Source: Rebecca billardiae RCC1528 (taxonomy: Eukaryota; Protista; Haptophyta). Taken from it: DNA of 64,000 nt. The notes below the pieces were generated by a model that was not told the DNA's origin, searched no databases, and was given only the letters and a program-made list of their open reading frames with translations. Location: the NCBI GenBank assembly GCA_965240325.2, contig OZ251250.1:310001-374000 (forward strand), read 5' to 3'. Made by a program: the position numbers and the translations under genes. Position 1 is the first letter of the stretch, and each line of letters starts with the position of its first letter. Below are positions 38,201 to 49,450 of this stretch, piece after piece.

Positions 38201-40714
38201 AGGCGGTGACGGCGGTGGCGAAGGCGGAGGGCTCGGCGGAGGCGACGGCGGCGGGGCCGGCGGCGGCGGGCTGGGCGGCGGGCTGGGCGGCGGCGAGGGC
38301 GGCGGGCTGGGCGGCGGCGAGGGCGGTGGGCTCGGTGGCGGCGAGGGCGGCGGGCTCGGCGGCGGGCTTGGGGGCGGCGAGGGCGGCGGGCTCGGCGGCG
38401 GCGACGGCGGAGGCGGCGAGGGCGGTGGCGAGGGCGGGGGGCTCGGCGGAGGCAATGGCGGCGGGGCCGGCGGCGGCGGGCTGGGCGGCGGGCTGGGCGG
38501 CGGCGAGGGCGGTGGGCTGGGCGGCGGCGAGGGCGGGGGGCTTGGGGGTGGCGAGGGCGGGGGGCTCGGCGGCGGGCCCGGCGGTGGGCTCGGGGGTGGC
38601 GAGGGCGGCGGGCTCGGCGGCGGGCTCGGCGGCGGCGACGGCGGCGGGCTCGGTGGCGGTGACGGTGGCGGGCTGGGCGGAGGTGGGCTCGGCGGCGGGC
38701 TCGGGGGCGGTGATGGCGGCGGGCTTGGCGGCGGCGACGGCGGAGGCGGTGACGGCGGTGGCGAGGGCGGAGGACTCGGCGGAGGCGAAGGCGGCGGGGT
38801 CGGCGGCGGCGGGCTGGGCGGCGGGCTGGGCGGCGGCGAGGGCGGTGGGCTGGGCGGCGGCGAGGGCGGTGGGCTCGGTGGCGGCGATGGCGGCGGGCTG
38901 GGCGGCGGACTCGGTGGTGGCGAGGGTGGCGGACTTGGGGGCGGCGATGGCGGCGGGCTCGGCGGCGGCGAGGGTGGTGGCGGGGATGGAGGCGGGCTGG
39001 GCGGCGGGCTTGGCGGTGGCGAGGGTGGTGGGCTTGGCGGGGGCGAGGGCGGTGGTGACGGCGGGCTGGGCGGCGGGAACGGCTCCGTGCGCGGCGGCGG
39101 TGGCGGCAGCGGCGGTGGCGAGGGCGGCGGCGAGGGCGGTGGCGGGGATGGCGGCGGGCTGGGCGGCGCACCGGGCGGAGGCGACGGTGGCGGGCTCGGC
39201 GGGCTCGGCGGCGGGCTCGGCGGCGGGCTCGGGGGCGGGCTTGATGGCGGGGGGCTGGGCGGCGGACCCGGCGGAGGCGAGGGAGGCGGGCTCGGCGGGC
39301 TCGGTGGCGGGCTCGGTGGCGGGGCGGGCGGCGGGCTCGGCGGCGGGGCCGGGCTCGGCGGGATGTACCCCGAGAGGCTGAGGATGTACAGCGCGCCGGC
39401 TTCGTCGTTGCCCTCGTCGTCGCCCGGCGCGCCCGTCGCCACCTGCACGACGCCGTCGCCGTTCAGGTCGCCAAGGAGCCGCGTGCCCGTGCCGAAGACG
39501 TCGTTGGTGTCGAGCGCCGCGTCGAGGCCGGCGAGGCCGCTGCTGATCCTGTCGGTGTGCAGCACGGTGCCGTCGGTGTTGAGGTAGAGCAGGAAGAGCG
39601 CGCCAGTGTCCCCGAGCTCGAGAGCGCCCACCATCGCGTCCGGCACCGTGTCGTTGTTCAGGTCGCCCACCCCGGCGCAGCCGTTGTACGAGAACTGCCC
39701 GCCCGCCACGAGGCCGTCGACGCCGCCGTCGGTGCTCGAGAGCTTCGTCTGCGCCTTCACGCTGCCGTCCGTGTTGAGGAAGACCACGTACGCCGCGCCC
39801 GTGTCGTCGCCGCCCGTGTCGTCGCCGGACGCGGCTATCAGCACGTCCATCACGCCGTCGCCGTCCACGTCGCCGAGCGCGCCGATGGTGGAGCCCAGGA
39901 GGTCGTAGTCGGACAGGCTGCCGAACCCGCCTGTCTGGTGCGCGATCGTGGCGTCCGACTTCACCGTGCCGTCCGTGTTCATGAAGAGCACGAACACGGC
40001 GCCGCGGCCGAGCCCGCCGCTGGCCAGGGTCGAGGCGCCCACCATCAGGTCGATCACGCCGTCGCCGTCGAGGTCGCCGAGGTTGGCGATGCCGGCGCCG
40101 AACTGGCTGAACGCCGCGAGGGTGACGCTGAGGCCGCCCACGCCGAAGGAGATGCGCTGCTCCGCCTTCACCGTGCCGTCCGCGTTGAGCAAGAGGATGT
40201 ACAGCGAGCCAAACCCGCCCGCGTCAAACTCGGTGGCGCCGACGGCCACGTCCGGGACGCCGTCGCCGTCGAGGTCGCCGAGCTGGCAGGCGGCGTTGCC
40301 AAACCGCGCGTCGTTGTTCAGGGCGGCCTTGCCGCCCGTGCCGCTCGCGATCTTCGTCTCGGCCGTGACCGCGCCCGCGCTGCTCAGGTAGAGCACGTAC
40401 GCGGCGCCGCGCATGTCGCCGCCCGTGGCGTCGTACGGGGCGGTGACCAGGATCTCGGTCACGCCGTTCCCGTCGAGGTCACCGAGCCTGGCGGTGGCCA
40501 CCCCGAAGCCGTCGTCCTTCGCGATCGCGCCCTTGCCATTCAAACCGGACGCAATCTTGATCTCCCCGACCACCGGCTGCTGCGCCTGCGCCGATGCCGC
40601 GGGCAGCCACGCCAGCGAGAGCAGCAGAGCGGCGAGCGCGGTGGGCGAGGCGACGCGGCTGGGCCACGGCCACCACGCCGGGCGATGCATCCGCGTCCGG
40701 TACGCTCGCGCCAT
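24248..40714 (-). CDS. Giant (~5,488 aa) polycystin-1-like cell-surface protein: signal peptide, 6 FG-GAP repeats, Ser-Pro stalk, IPT/TIG, REJ, GAIN/GPS, 5 TM, IQ motif, 2 EF-hands
   Basis: One uninterrupted ORF. Six GD(L/V)(D/N)xxx-type FG-GAP repeats; PPGGPVGGGTAVTLVGSGF and SPASGDANGGTEVTIGG (IPT); INRPPYGGGLEVAPASGVALQTSF..DLPLSYAF (REJ); CVWWD...WLDDGC...CACTHLTDFA (GPS); VQKYARGRTAR (IQ); DADGNGTIDHAEF and DADHDGTISFDEL (EF-hands). Start could be 40714 or 40690. Confidence 0.88.
31235..39360 (-). repeat. ~8.1 kb coding tandem array of 12-bp (Ser-Pro-Pro-Pro) units with higher-order repeats
   Basis: Continuous GGC/GGT-rich array on the + strand, translating to SPPP/SPPPP on the - strand. 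Confidence 0.95.
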
Positions 40715-42556
40715 GGGCACGTGTCGGGCTGCGCGTTGGCCTTCCTGGGCCGCAGCACAGGGGCTTGTGAGGGAGTTAAACCTCCAGGAGACCAGGACTC
40801 CGGAAGGCGCATTATTGGTTAGCAACGTGATTACCCACCAACCATCAGCCACGGCCCTTGCATCAGCCAGGCGCCAGCTGGTACTTTAGTGTCCAATATT
40901 CTATTCTATTCATCATTGATAACTGCCGCACCAAACGGGACCAAACCACCGACAACCATCAAGTTTGATCGTATTTGGCAGTAAAATAAACTCTGAGAGG
41001 GCTTGACAGGCCGCTCAGATGCGATCTGGCGCTCACTCAAAAATAGACGACGCCGGTCCACCATCGGCGCGTTTTGGTTTTGGCTGGCAAATCTGAAATC
41101 CTGACTCCTGAGGTCCCGGGACCGGTTCGTTGGACTAACGATGGCGTCCAACGCACGTACAAAGCCGACGGCCCGACGAGTGGTTCGACGGGTTCTTTTG
41201 GAGGCATTGGCGTGAGCGACGGCGGCCACACCCGCGGGAATCCACAGCCGCCCGGCCCTTGCCTCTGCGGCATGCCGGACCACTTGTCGGGCCGCACGCA
41301 TCCGCATGTGTGTTGTGGCCGTGCAACATGATACACTGAGAGCCCGTGCCGTGCGCCCGCGATCAGTGGTCGAAGGACGGGCGCAACCCGGCAATCGTGC
41401 GAGCCGCAACTAAGCTACCGGTAGCTTTCAGCGCGACATGTGCGCCCCACGCTGGCGGCCGCCTTGATTAGAGACCGTGGGTCATCAGGTGTGATCGCGA
41501 TCTGCTACTCACCCGCTACTGGCGTCAGCAGCGCTACTGCATCCGCCCACCCGCGCGCCGCTATCACTATGCTTGCCTCATAACATCCAGGCGTGACGAG
41601 GCGCCATAGGAGCGATCACATACACCGATCCGATCGAACCGAGTAGTGGACCCATCCCGACCGCCGACTCGGGGCAGGCACGGCACGGTTTATTAGTAGT
41701 GCGCGGCCGTCGGAATTGTATAGTAACCAGTCAACATGAACTCGTTCAGGGGCGCATAATCAGTACGCGCTGGCCCTGCGCGGGTTATAGTACTAATACC
41801 GCCAGTTGCGACTAGCAACTCATCATCATATATACATAGAGAGTCAGATTATGTAGCGCATCGTCAACGCGGTTCGATGCATCCCAGTCTGCACTGTGAT
41901 GCGCTCTGACAATACTGGCTGCTTAGCTAATAGCTGCGCTGCTGGCCGCCACCATCACTCGGATATGCCGCATATATAGATGCCGCGCTGCCGCTTAGCG
42001 CGCAGAGGGGCTTGGCTACAATAAGCAGCAGTATCATGCGCCACGTCGTTATTAATAAATATATTGTTGAGCTGACGCGGCCAGGGACGTGCATCTCAGC
42101 AGATGGCGTCGCCGGCGGTGCGTCAGGGCCGGTGCTGCAGCAGGCAGACCGGCGGCGCAGCTGCTGTGGAGCAGCAGCAGTGCGGATGAACTGGCACACT
42201 AGTCTGGGGCACGCATCTCAGCAGATGGCGTTGCCGCTGGGGCGTGTCAGGGCTGGCGCCGCATCAGGCGCGGGCCGGCGGCAGCAGCTGCTGAGGAGCA
42301 GTGGCTGGCAGCGCGCGTCACAGGGCGCGCGCGGCCACTCACGACAGCGAGCTGCAGGTTATGGTCCGCAGCGCTGAGCTCGACGGAGGCGGATTACTCG
42401 TGGCGTTAGGTCAATGTACCACGCCGACATTATCATGTCGAAGGCGACGGACGACGGTAGTGCTACGTTTGAGCGGCACGTCGACGCCATCATGGTGTGC
42501 GACACCCAACGCGCGCGCGATCACGGATCAGAGCGGCGCTACTCCGTCGTATACTA

Positions 42557-44485
42557 CCAGGTCGTTCCCCCTGCACTGGGAATCCGCGGTTTCGCACTAT
42601 TCAGAGCACGAGGCCGCGGCATAGCAACGCAGATTTATTCTTCCGCTTGCTCTATCAGACCACTTGAACGATCTAATCGAGGTTTCCAATTGAAAATGAC
42701 GAAAGTACATCCATCCATTAGAGAACCCAAATCCCGAGCGCGGCAAAGCCGTGGAACGCAGTAATCAGCCTCGTCAGCGATAGTCCGCTCACGAAATCGA
42801 GGCGCTGGAAATGAGTTCTTCGCGTGCAACCGCGGAGGCGGGAGCCCTCCCGCGGGTGCGGAGCACCGATTCTGACCCGCCCCCTGCGCCTGCGGCCGGG
42901 CGGCGAGTGCGATGCAGCTGGCCCGGCGCTGGGGGGCGCGGATGTGCTTGCGGAGCCGGCGTGCGTGGACGGGCTGTTGCGGGAGAGTATCTGCCGCCCT
43001 CCTGCGCCGCGCGACTTGCGCCACGCCTCTTTCGCCTCGGCTCAGGGCAGCGCGCACGCGCGCGCCGCCTCCGGGGCCAGCCTTCGGCCTGCGCCGCAGC
43101 CGACCGCGCGCGCGCCGTGCGCGGCGTGGTCGGGAAGGAACGGGCGCGGCTGCCGGGCGAGATGGCGATATCATGTGCGCACGCCATGCCGCCCCGCCAC
43201 GCCTTGCCGAGCGTGTCGCTGGTCCATTTGCACGCCTCTTCGAGTTGTCACAAATGGTGTGCACGCGGCCAATCGCGGTCGTGACCGCTGGGGGCCGCGC
43301 CCGGGCCAGGGCGCTGCGGGCGCGGATGTGCTTGCGGAGCCGGCGTGCGTGGACGGGCTGTTGTGGGAGAGTATCTGCCGCCCTCCTGCACCGCGCGACT
43401 TGCGCCACGCCTCTTTCGCCTCGGCTCAGGGCAGCGCGCACGCGGCGCGTCGCCTCAAGGCCAGCCTTGCCTGCGCCGCAGCCGACCGCGTGCGCGCCGT
43501 GCGCGGCGTGGTCGGGAAGGAACGGGCACGGCTGCCGGGCGAGATGGCGATATCATGTGCGCACGCCATGCCGCCCCGCCACGCCTTGCCGAGCGTGTCG
43601 CTGGTCCGTTTGCACGCCTCTTCGAGTTGTCACACTATGAATGGTGTGCCACGGCCTCGCGGTCGTGACCCTTGCCGGGACGATCATTGAGACACAGAAC
43701 AGTGCCAAGCGGGCACGCGGGATACTCTTACATGAATGTTCATCACCACGTGGTCGTGTAGAAGTGCTGGGTGCGACGCTTTCCTCGCGCGGATGCACTT
43801 TCATCATCTTCTTCGAGCTCCGAGGTCTGGCTTCAGGCACGACAAGAAATCAGCACTCGTCAACAGCTGTGCGGATCCGTTATCGTGCCCTTTCGCGGCG
43901 CCGCGGGGCGGCATGGCGTGCGCACATGATGTCGTCATCTCGCCCGGCAGCACCCCCCGTTCCTTCCCGACCACGCCGCGCACGGCGCGCGCGCGGTTGC
44001 GGCTGCGGCGCGGGCACGGTGCGGCCCTGGCCTCCGAGGCGGCGCGCGCGTGCGCGCTGCCCTGAGCCGCGGCGAAAAGAGGCGTGGCGCGAGACGCGCG
44101 GCGCAGGAGGGCGCCATATACTCTCCCGCAACAGCCTGTCCACGCAAGCCGGCTCCGCGAGCACATCCGCGCCCGCAGCGCCGTGCCCCGGGCGCGCCGG
44201 CCGCCAACGGCGCTCGGCCGCCTTCGCCTGCCCGCCCTGCCGCCGAGGGCAAAGGTCAAGATTTGGTCGGCCCTCGCCTGCCGAGCCGCCACCGGCCGGG
44301 GGCTCCCTGCACCATCTATCTCATTGCGGCTCAATTTTGGGATTGCGAGACCAGCTCATCGATTGACGCACATCCGCACCCGCGAGACCTGAAAATCTTA
44401 TTCGCGGGTAGCGACGGGTGCGTCCTGCGGCTGTTTTTCTCGTATGTCCAAACCGCGGATTCCCAGTGCAGGGGGAACGACCTGG
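42557..44485. mobile_element. Non-autonomous TIR DNA element (foldback-like), TA duplication, Tc1/mariner-like target
   Basis: Perfect 40 bp inverted match ACTACCAGGTCGTTCCCCCTGCACTGGGAATCCGCGGTTT at 42553-42592 and 44450-44489, with TA at 42555-56 and 44486-87. An internal ~320 bp unit occurs twice in direct orientation and once inverted. No transposase motifs seen. Confidence 0.85.
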
Positions 44486-44613
44486 TAGTTTGCTCGCGGC
44501 TATGGCTGTCAATCAAGGGAGGGTCGGTTGAGCTGACGCGGCCAGGGGCGCGCATCTCAGCACGGAATGGCGTCGCCGGCGGTGCGTCGTCTAGCTAAAT
44601 AAGCGGCCCCGGA

Positions 44614-44672
44614 CTATATATATATATATGTGTGTGTGTGTGTATATATATATATATTCAATATATATATAT
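44614..44672. repeat. (TA)n/(TG)n microsatellite
   Basis: Seen directly in the sequence. Confidence 0.9.
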
Positions 44673-45060
44673 AGGACCGCGTTCCGCGGTCCTTCCGTAG
44701 AACCAACGCAGTTAGGGGCCCGCGGTGCACCCTCCGTCGGCTGCTCGGCTGCTCAATGTCGTATGATGAAGATTTATAATGGGCCAGGCCCAGTGGCAGT
44801 GGCAGTCTGCGAGACGCGTCGCAAGTTGGCAGTCCAGCTTGAAGCCCGCCGCGTGCGCCGCGGCCGCGATCTCGTCGCCGTCCATGTCCTCGAACAGCTT
44901 GGCGGCGTTGGCGATGCGTCGGGACTTGGCGCGCTCGTCCGATTTGTTCATCGCACCCGCCGCCGCGGCGCCGCCCTCGTCCCGCTGCTTGCGCTTGCCG
45001 AGGCGGTTGGAGTTGCCGCGCATCGACCGCGAGCGCGCCGCGTGCGCGCATGCGCCGCCG

Positions 45061-48000
45061 CCCCCACCTCAAAGATGTGCGGGTGCCGTTTCTGGACGCT
45101 TCTAGCCTTGATCTCCTGAACATTTGTAGGGGAGATGAGTTTAGTCAGTCGACTGACTAAACTTTTTCTTCAATCAAGGCTCCTCACGACTAGGCGCCGT
45201 CTTGCACGAAATCCCTATCCTCTCGTCTGGCGGTCTTGCATCAAATCCTGGACTCGCGAGGGCAAGGGGTGGGCCCTCTACCTACGGCCGCCAAACCGGT
45301 AATACGCGTTCTGAGCCCGGTCTGGTTGCGGGCGGCCCGGGGCCGCCGCGCCCCGGCTGCCGGGGCGGCGACTCGGGGAGGCGAGCGTTGGCGCGCGCCC
45401 GCCGTGGCCGCGGCGGCAGCGGGGTCGTTGGGCCATCCCAGGGGTATCCGAGCCTCTCGACAAGGGGCCGTGGCTGCGCCTCGCGTGGGCTGTACTGCAC
45501 GCGGGCAGCCGACACGAATGCGATGCGCCATCCAAGCGCGAGCCCGAGAGCTTTCGCGACACGGGTGCTGCGCGAGCACGTCTGAAGGAGCGGGCAAGGT
45601 CTCGAGAGGAAGCAGGGAGACCACAGAAGTGCTAGCTCGCAACGACAGTCAGGGAGCGCGAGCCGCCCCGCTGCGCTGCCTGAGCCGGTCGCCCCACGGG
45701 CACGGCCACGGGCCACGCGTGGCGGGCAAACGTGACTGCCGCGCGGCAAGGCTTGGTGAGTGTGTACATGCTTCAAGTGGCTGGTCGCTGGTAGAGCTGC
45801 TGCATCCCAATCGCGAGCAGCCAGTAACAGCGACTCGGCCGCGCCGCCGCGGCCGTGCTCCGCAGTTCTGGTGCCCGCTCGGAACTGACGGTCACGGTTG
45901 CGCACCCGCGGGCGGCGAGACCAGTCAGTGGGCCGGCTCTGCCGCCGTCCCTGAGCGTGACCCGCAGTGGCGTCGCCGGGCTTGCAGGGGGGTCTAAGCC
46001 GGCCGCCCGCCCGAACCGGAGCCTGGCACGACCGTATCCGGCCCGCGCCGCCGCGCGCTGCCACAGTGGCCGGTGGCGGTGGCACGCGTCGGGCCCGCGC
46101 AGCCCGCGCGGCCCGCGCCGCCGCGCGGCCCGCGAGCGCGGGCCTCATCCGACGAATAATAAGACTGACGAGTATCACGAACGAATATGGCGCCAATGCG
46201 GGATAGTGCGACTGGAGTGCTGAGCCGTGACTGACTACGTCATGCCTACCAGCCGTACGTACATCCCCGCCCACTATTCGGATGGTAGCCCGCGGTCGGC
46301 GGCGGCGGGCCGCCGATGATTGTCCCGCCGGTCGCTGTGACATCCTTCCACTTACGCCAGGTGAAGCGCAGGCCGATGACCGACTGGAAGTCGGTGAACA
46401 GGACGAGCTGGTGCGGGCTCTCGGCGAGCGTCGTGGCGGGAGAGAAGATCTCGGCGTAGTTGTCCGACGCGTTGCCGTTCAGCGGAGCGATCGAGAAGAA
46501 GGGCCAGCCGGGGGCGAGCGGCAAGCTCGCGTGAGATGCGAGCTCGAGCTCGTACCGGCCGCGCAGCCAGCGGCCCAGGCGGTCCTCGGCGAAGAGGTCG
46601 ATGACGGCAGCATCGTACGCGGTGGCATCGACCTGGACCGATGCGCGCTCGGCTGCGTGCAAGCCTCGGCAGTGCGCGACGACGCGCGTGAGCAGCCGAT
46701 CGAAGATCGCCGCCTGCTGCTGCTGGCGGACGCGAATGTGCATCGGCTCCCGCCACAGGAACTCACGGTACCGCGCGACGAGGTTGTGCACAGCCTCCGC
46801 CGGCGGGCGGTACAGCTTCGCGCCGTGCTCGATGGCGACGATGGTGACGTGGCGATACACCTTACTGCCGGCGAGGCAGCCCGCGACACGGCGCTCGGAC
46901 TCGACGCACGCCGCATTGCCGCAACCAGATCGGCGTCCGCGGCGATGCCAATCTCATCGCGCCCTGCGCGGCGCGCGCGGGCACGCGCGCAGGACGCGCG
47001 TCAACACGGGCGGCGGGGGGGAGCGGGCACGGCGCGCGCGCAGCGGGATCCGATCGTACCGAGATCGAGCACGTGCTCGTCCGCCTCCCCGAGCAAGCAC
47101 GGCCGCAGCGGGTAGCCGCGCTGCTGCCCGTCCTCCGCAGCCCCTGTCGTCGTCGGCAGCACGATGCCGCCGTCCGGCTGCTTCCAGGCCTTCAGGCCGA
47201 CACCGAACTCGAATGGCATGCGGGCGGTCGGGAGCTGCGCGATGACCTCCTCGGGTGGCTCGGTCAGATTCATGTTCGCCACATGCAGCACGTTGCGCTT
47301 GGCCTTGAACGGCTGCGGCTCGGACTCGCCCTGCCTGGCATCACAGACGACGGGGCGGACGACGACACGCGGTGTTGGCGCGCCGCGGGTATGCGCGCGC
47401 AGGGAGGGATCGCGGGCGGGGCGGCGCACCTCGGGCGCTTGAACGCGGTCCATGCATTCACGAAGAAGTCCAGTGCGCCCCCGCGCGCGAGGAACTCCGC
47501 AAGGTTCTTCCACACCATCACCTTGCCATGCACCGTCTCGACCTCGATCTCCTCCTCCTTCCAGTTGCCGACGTGCTCGTAGACCTCCGCAGGGTGGTAG
47601 TCTGCGGTGCGCGTCTTGCCAGGCAAGTCCTCCACGAAGTAGAACCACTTTACCATGAGGGTCACTGACCCCGCGACGACTTCTTGACGACGCGGCGCAC
47701 CTGCGCGAGCCCGGCGCGCTCCGAAGGCCTGCCGTTCTTCTGCAGCCACTGCACGACGACATGGTCTCCGATTCCGATATTGATGCCGCGCCAGATGACG
47801 CCGACATTCCGCAATCGTCCTCCCCGCGTGGCGGCGGTGACGAGCTCCGGCGCGGTGGCCGGCGGGAGCTCCCCGCTCCGTCCATGACTTCGACAAACCG
47901 CGAGGGGCCGTTCGACCGGCGCTCAGCCGGAACGGAGCGACTCAACCAGGCTCGGCGGTTGCTCAAAAACCTATTCATGCCCTCCACCGCCCCTGGTGCA

Positions 48001-48097
48001 GGCCGGGCGTTGATTGGCTGTCGGTTGCTATTGCAGTTTTAAGAAAATCTCGTGGAACGTGGCCGGAAAAGGCACCCGCACATCTTTGAGGTGGGTG
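45061..48097 (-). mobile_element. 3.0 kb TIR element (CMC/EnSpm-like termini) carrying a degenerate BAH-domain gene
   Basis: Inverted repeats CCCACCTCAAAGATGTGCGGGTGCC at 45063-45087 and 48071-48095. Termini read CCC.../CAC..., and CG flanks both sides as a candidate 2 bp TSD. Confidence 0.7.
46246..47978 (-). pseudogene. Frameshifted BAH-domain protein gene inside the TIR element
   Basis: Across frames: WRGINIGIGDHVVVQW...LAQVRRV / TLMVKWFYFVEDL...HPAEVYE...EEIEVETVHGKVMV...DFFV, matching the BAH pattern. It is followed by a few hundred residues of globular-looking sequence in other frames, with a stop at 46246. Confidence 0.68.
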
Positions 48098-49450
48098 CGC
48101 TCCGCTGCCAGCGCCTTGCGTACCTTACGGCGCCGAAAACGGATCCGGCGCTCAGCGTTGCGCAGCGCGCGTGTGTCCTGGTCGCACGCCTCGCACACGA
48201 GCAGCAGCGCCAGCGCCATCTGCGCGTCCTCGTCGACCTCGGCCGAGTGCAGCGTCACGGGCGCGCCGCCCGCGCGTGCCGCCATCTCCTCGCGCTGCAG
48301 CTGCTCTGCGATGGCGCGGTCGCTGCGCAGCTGCTCGGCCAGCGGGTCGGGCGCGGCGGAGCGCTGCTCGCGCAGGCGGAGCGCGGCGGCGGACGTACTC
48401 CTCCAGCGCGGCCTACTCGTCGTTCAGCGGCGCGCCGGGCCGGCAGCGCGCCCGTGATCGCCGACCGTCCGACCGAGAGCCGCGCGCGGCCATGTGTGCG
48501 CGCAGCTCCGCCGTCTCCTCCTACGAGAGCATGCCTGCGCGGCGGCGGCGGCGGCGCGGCCGGGGTAGTGCATGCGCGAGGTGCGTCAACAGTCAGCGCC
48601 GTACGGCTGGTCGGCGCGCCACGTGCCCGTCGCGCGCGCACGCGCGCGCGCGCGCCGCGCACAGAGCTGAGAGCAGCGACGCCGGCAGCTGCAGGTTGTG
48701 AGGGGCCGCCACGCTCATCGTCGCGACGCGGAAGACGATCTTGAGCACGTGGGAGAACGGGCCCGACGCGTCCTTGCGCTGCACGAAGATCAGCTTCATC
48801 GGTGGCACCACCGCCGCCATCAGCTGGCCCCTCACGTGCACCAGCTTGGCCAGGCGCGGCGAGCGACCACCTCCAGCGGCCAGGCGGAGTTGACCGGCCT
48901 TGGCGACAGGGTCCACGCGCCACACCGTCTTGGTGCGCGAGTCCCACGCGCCCGGAAGCGACGCCTGCGTGGTCTGCGCGTCGGGCAGGTCGAGAAGATG
49001 CGCCTCACCATGATCAGGCTCAGCGCCTCGATCACCACCTGCTTCGCCGTGTCGATCATCTTGGCACGCCTTGCTCGCACACGGTCGCGTGTCTCATGCC
49101 CACCACCTTGGTTAGCACGTGGCAGCGGCGGTCCTGGATGCGCTGATGCACCTGGCCCGAGAGCAGCGGGTTGTTGCAGCTCGGGCAGAACGCCCGCACC
49201 GCCATCTGCGGCGCCAGCACCTGCTCCTTCGCGTCGCGCAGTGTCGAAGTCGTCACGCGGCCTGCGGTCCGCGCGTGCACGCGGTAGAGTTTCGCCCGGT
49301 GTCGTTTCAGAACGGCCCGATGTCGTGCGTCCCCAAGCGCATCAACGCGTTCCGCATGCCGAGCCGGTTCGCGTGCGCGTCCGCGCGCGCCCGCGCCGCG
49401 TCGCCGGCGTTTGACTGCGGGTCGAGAGGTCCACTGGTCATCGACTCATC
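48098..49450 (-). pseudogene. Decayed ORF interrupted by the BAH element; probable continuation at 45060-44712
   Basis: Protein-like fragments in shifting frames (FCPSCNNPL, KMIDTAKQVVIEALSLI, WRVDPVAK, DRAIAEQLQREE, EDAQMALAL). Similar minus-strand coding text resumes left of the element (KSRRIANAAKLFEDMDGDE). Confidence 0.45.

Noticed and set aside
31425-39587. 2,720-aa Gly-rich ORF and other long frames over the proline array
   Set aside because: These are antisense or alternative-frame shadows of a GC-rich repeat that lacks stop codons. Only the minus frame links to recognisable domains on both sides.
40715-40852. N-terminal extension of the giant ORF as given in the ORF track
   Set aside because: It begins at a non-ATG codon, and the signal peptide fits ATG 40714 or 40690.
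1-41000. Functional signalling cluster (receiver domain, PDE, EF-hand receptor)
   Set aside because: The genes are interspersed with unrelated housekeeping genes in mixed orientation, and nothing indicates co-regulation.
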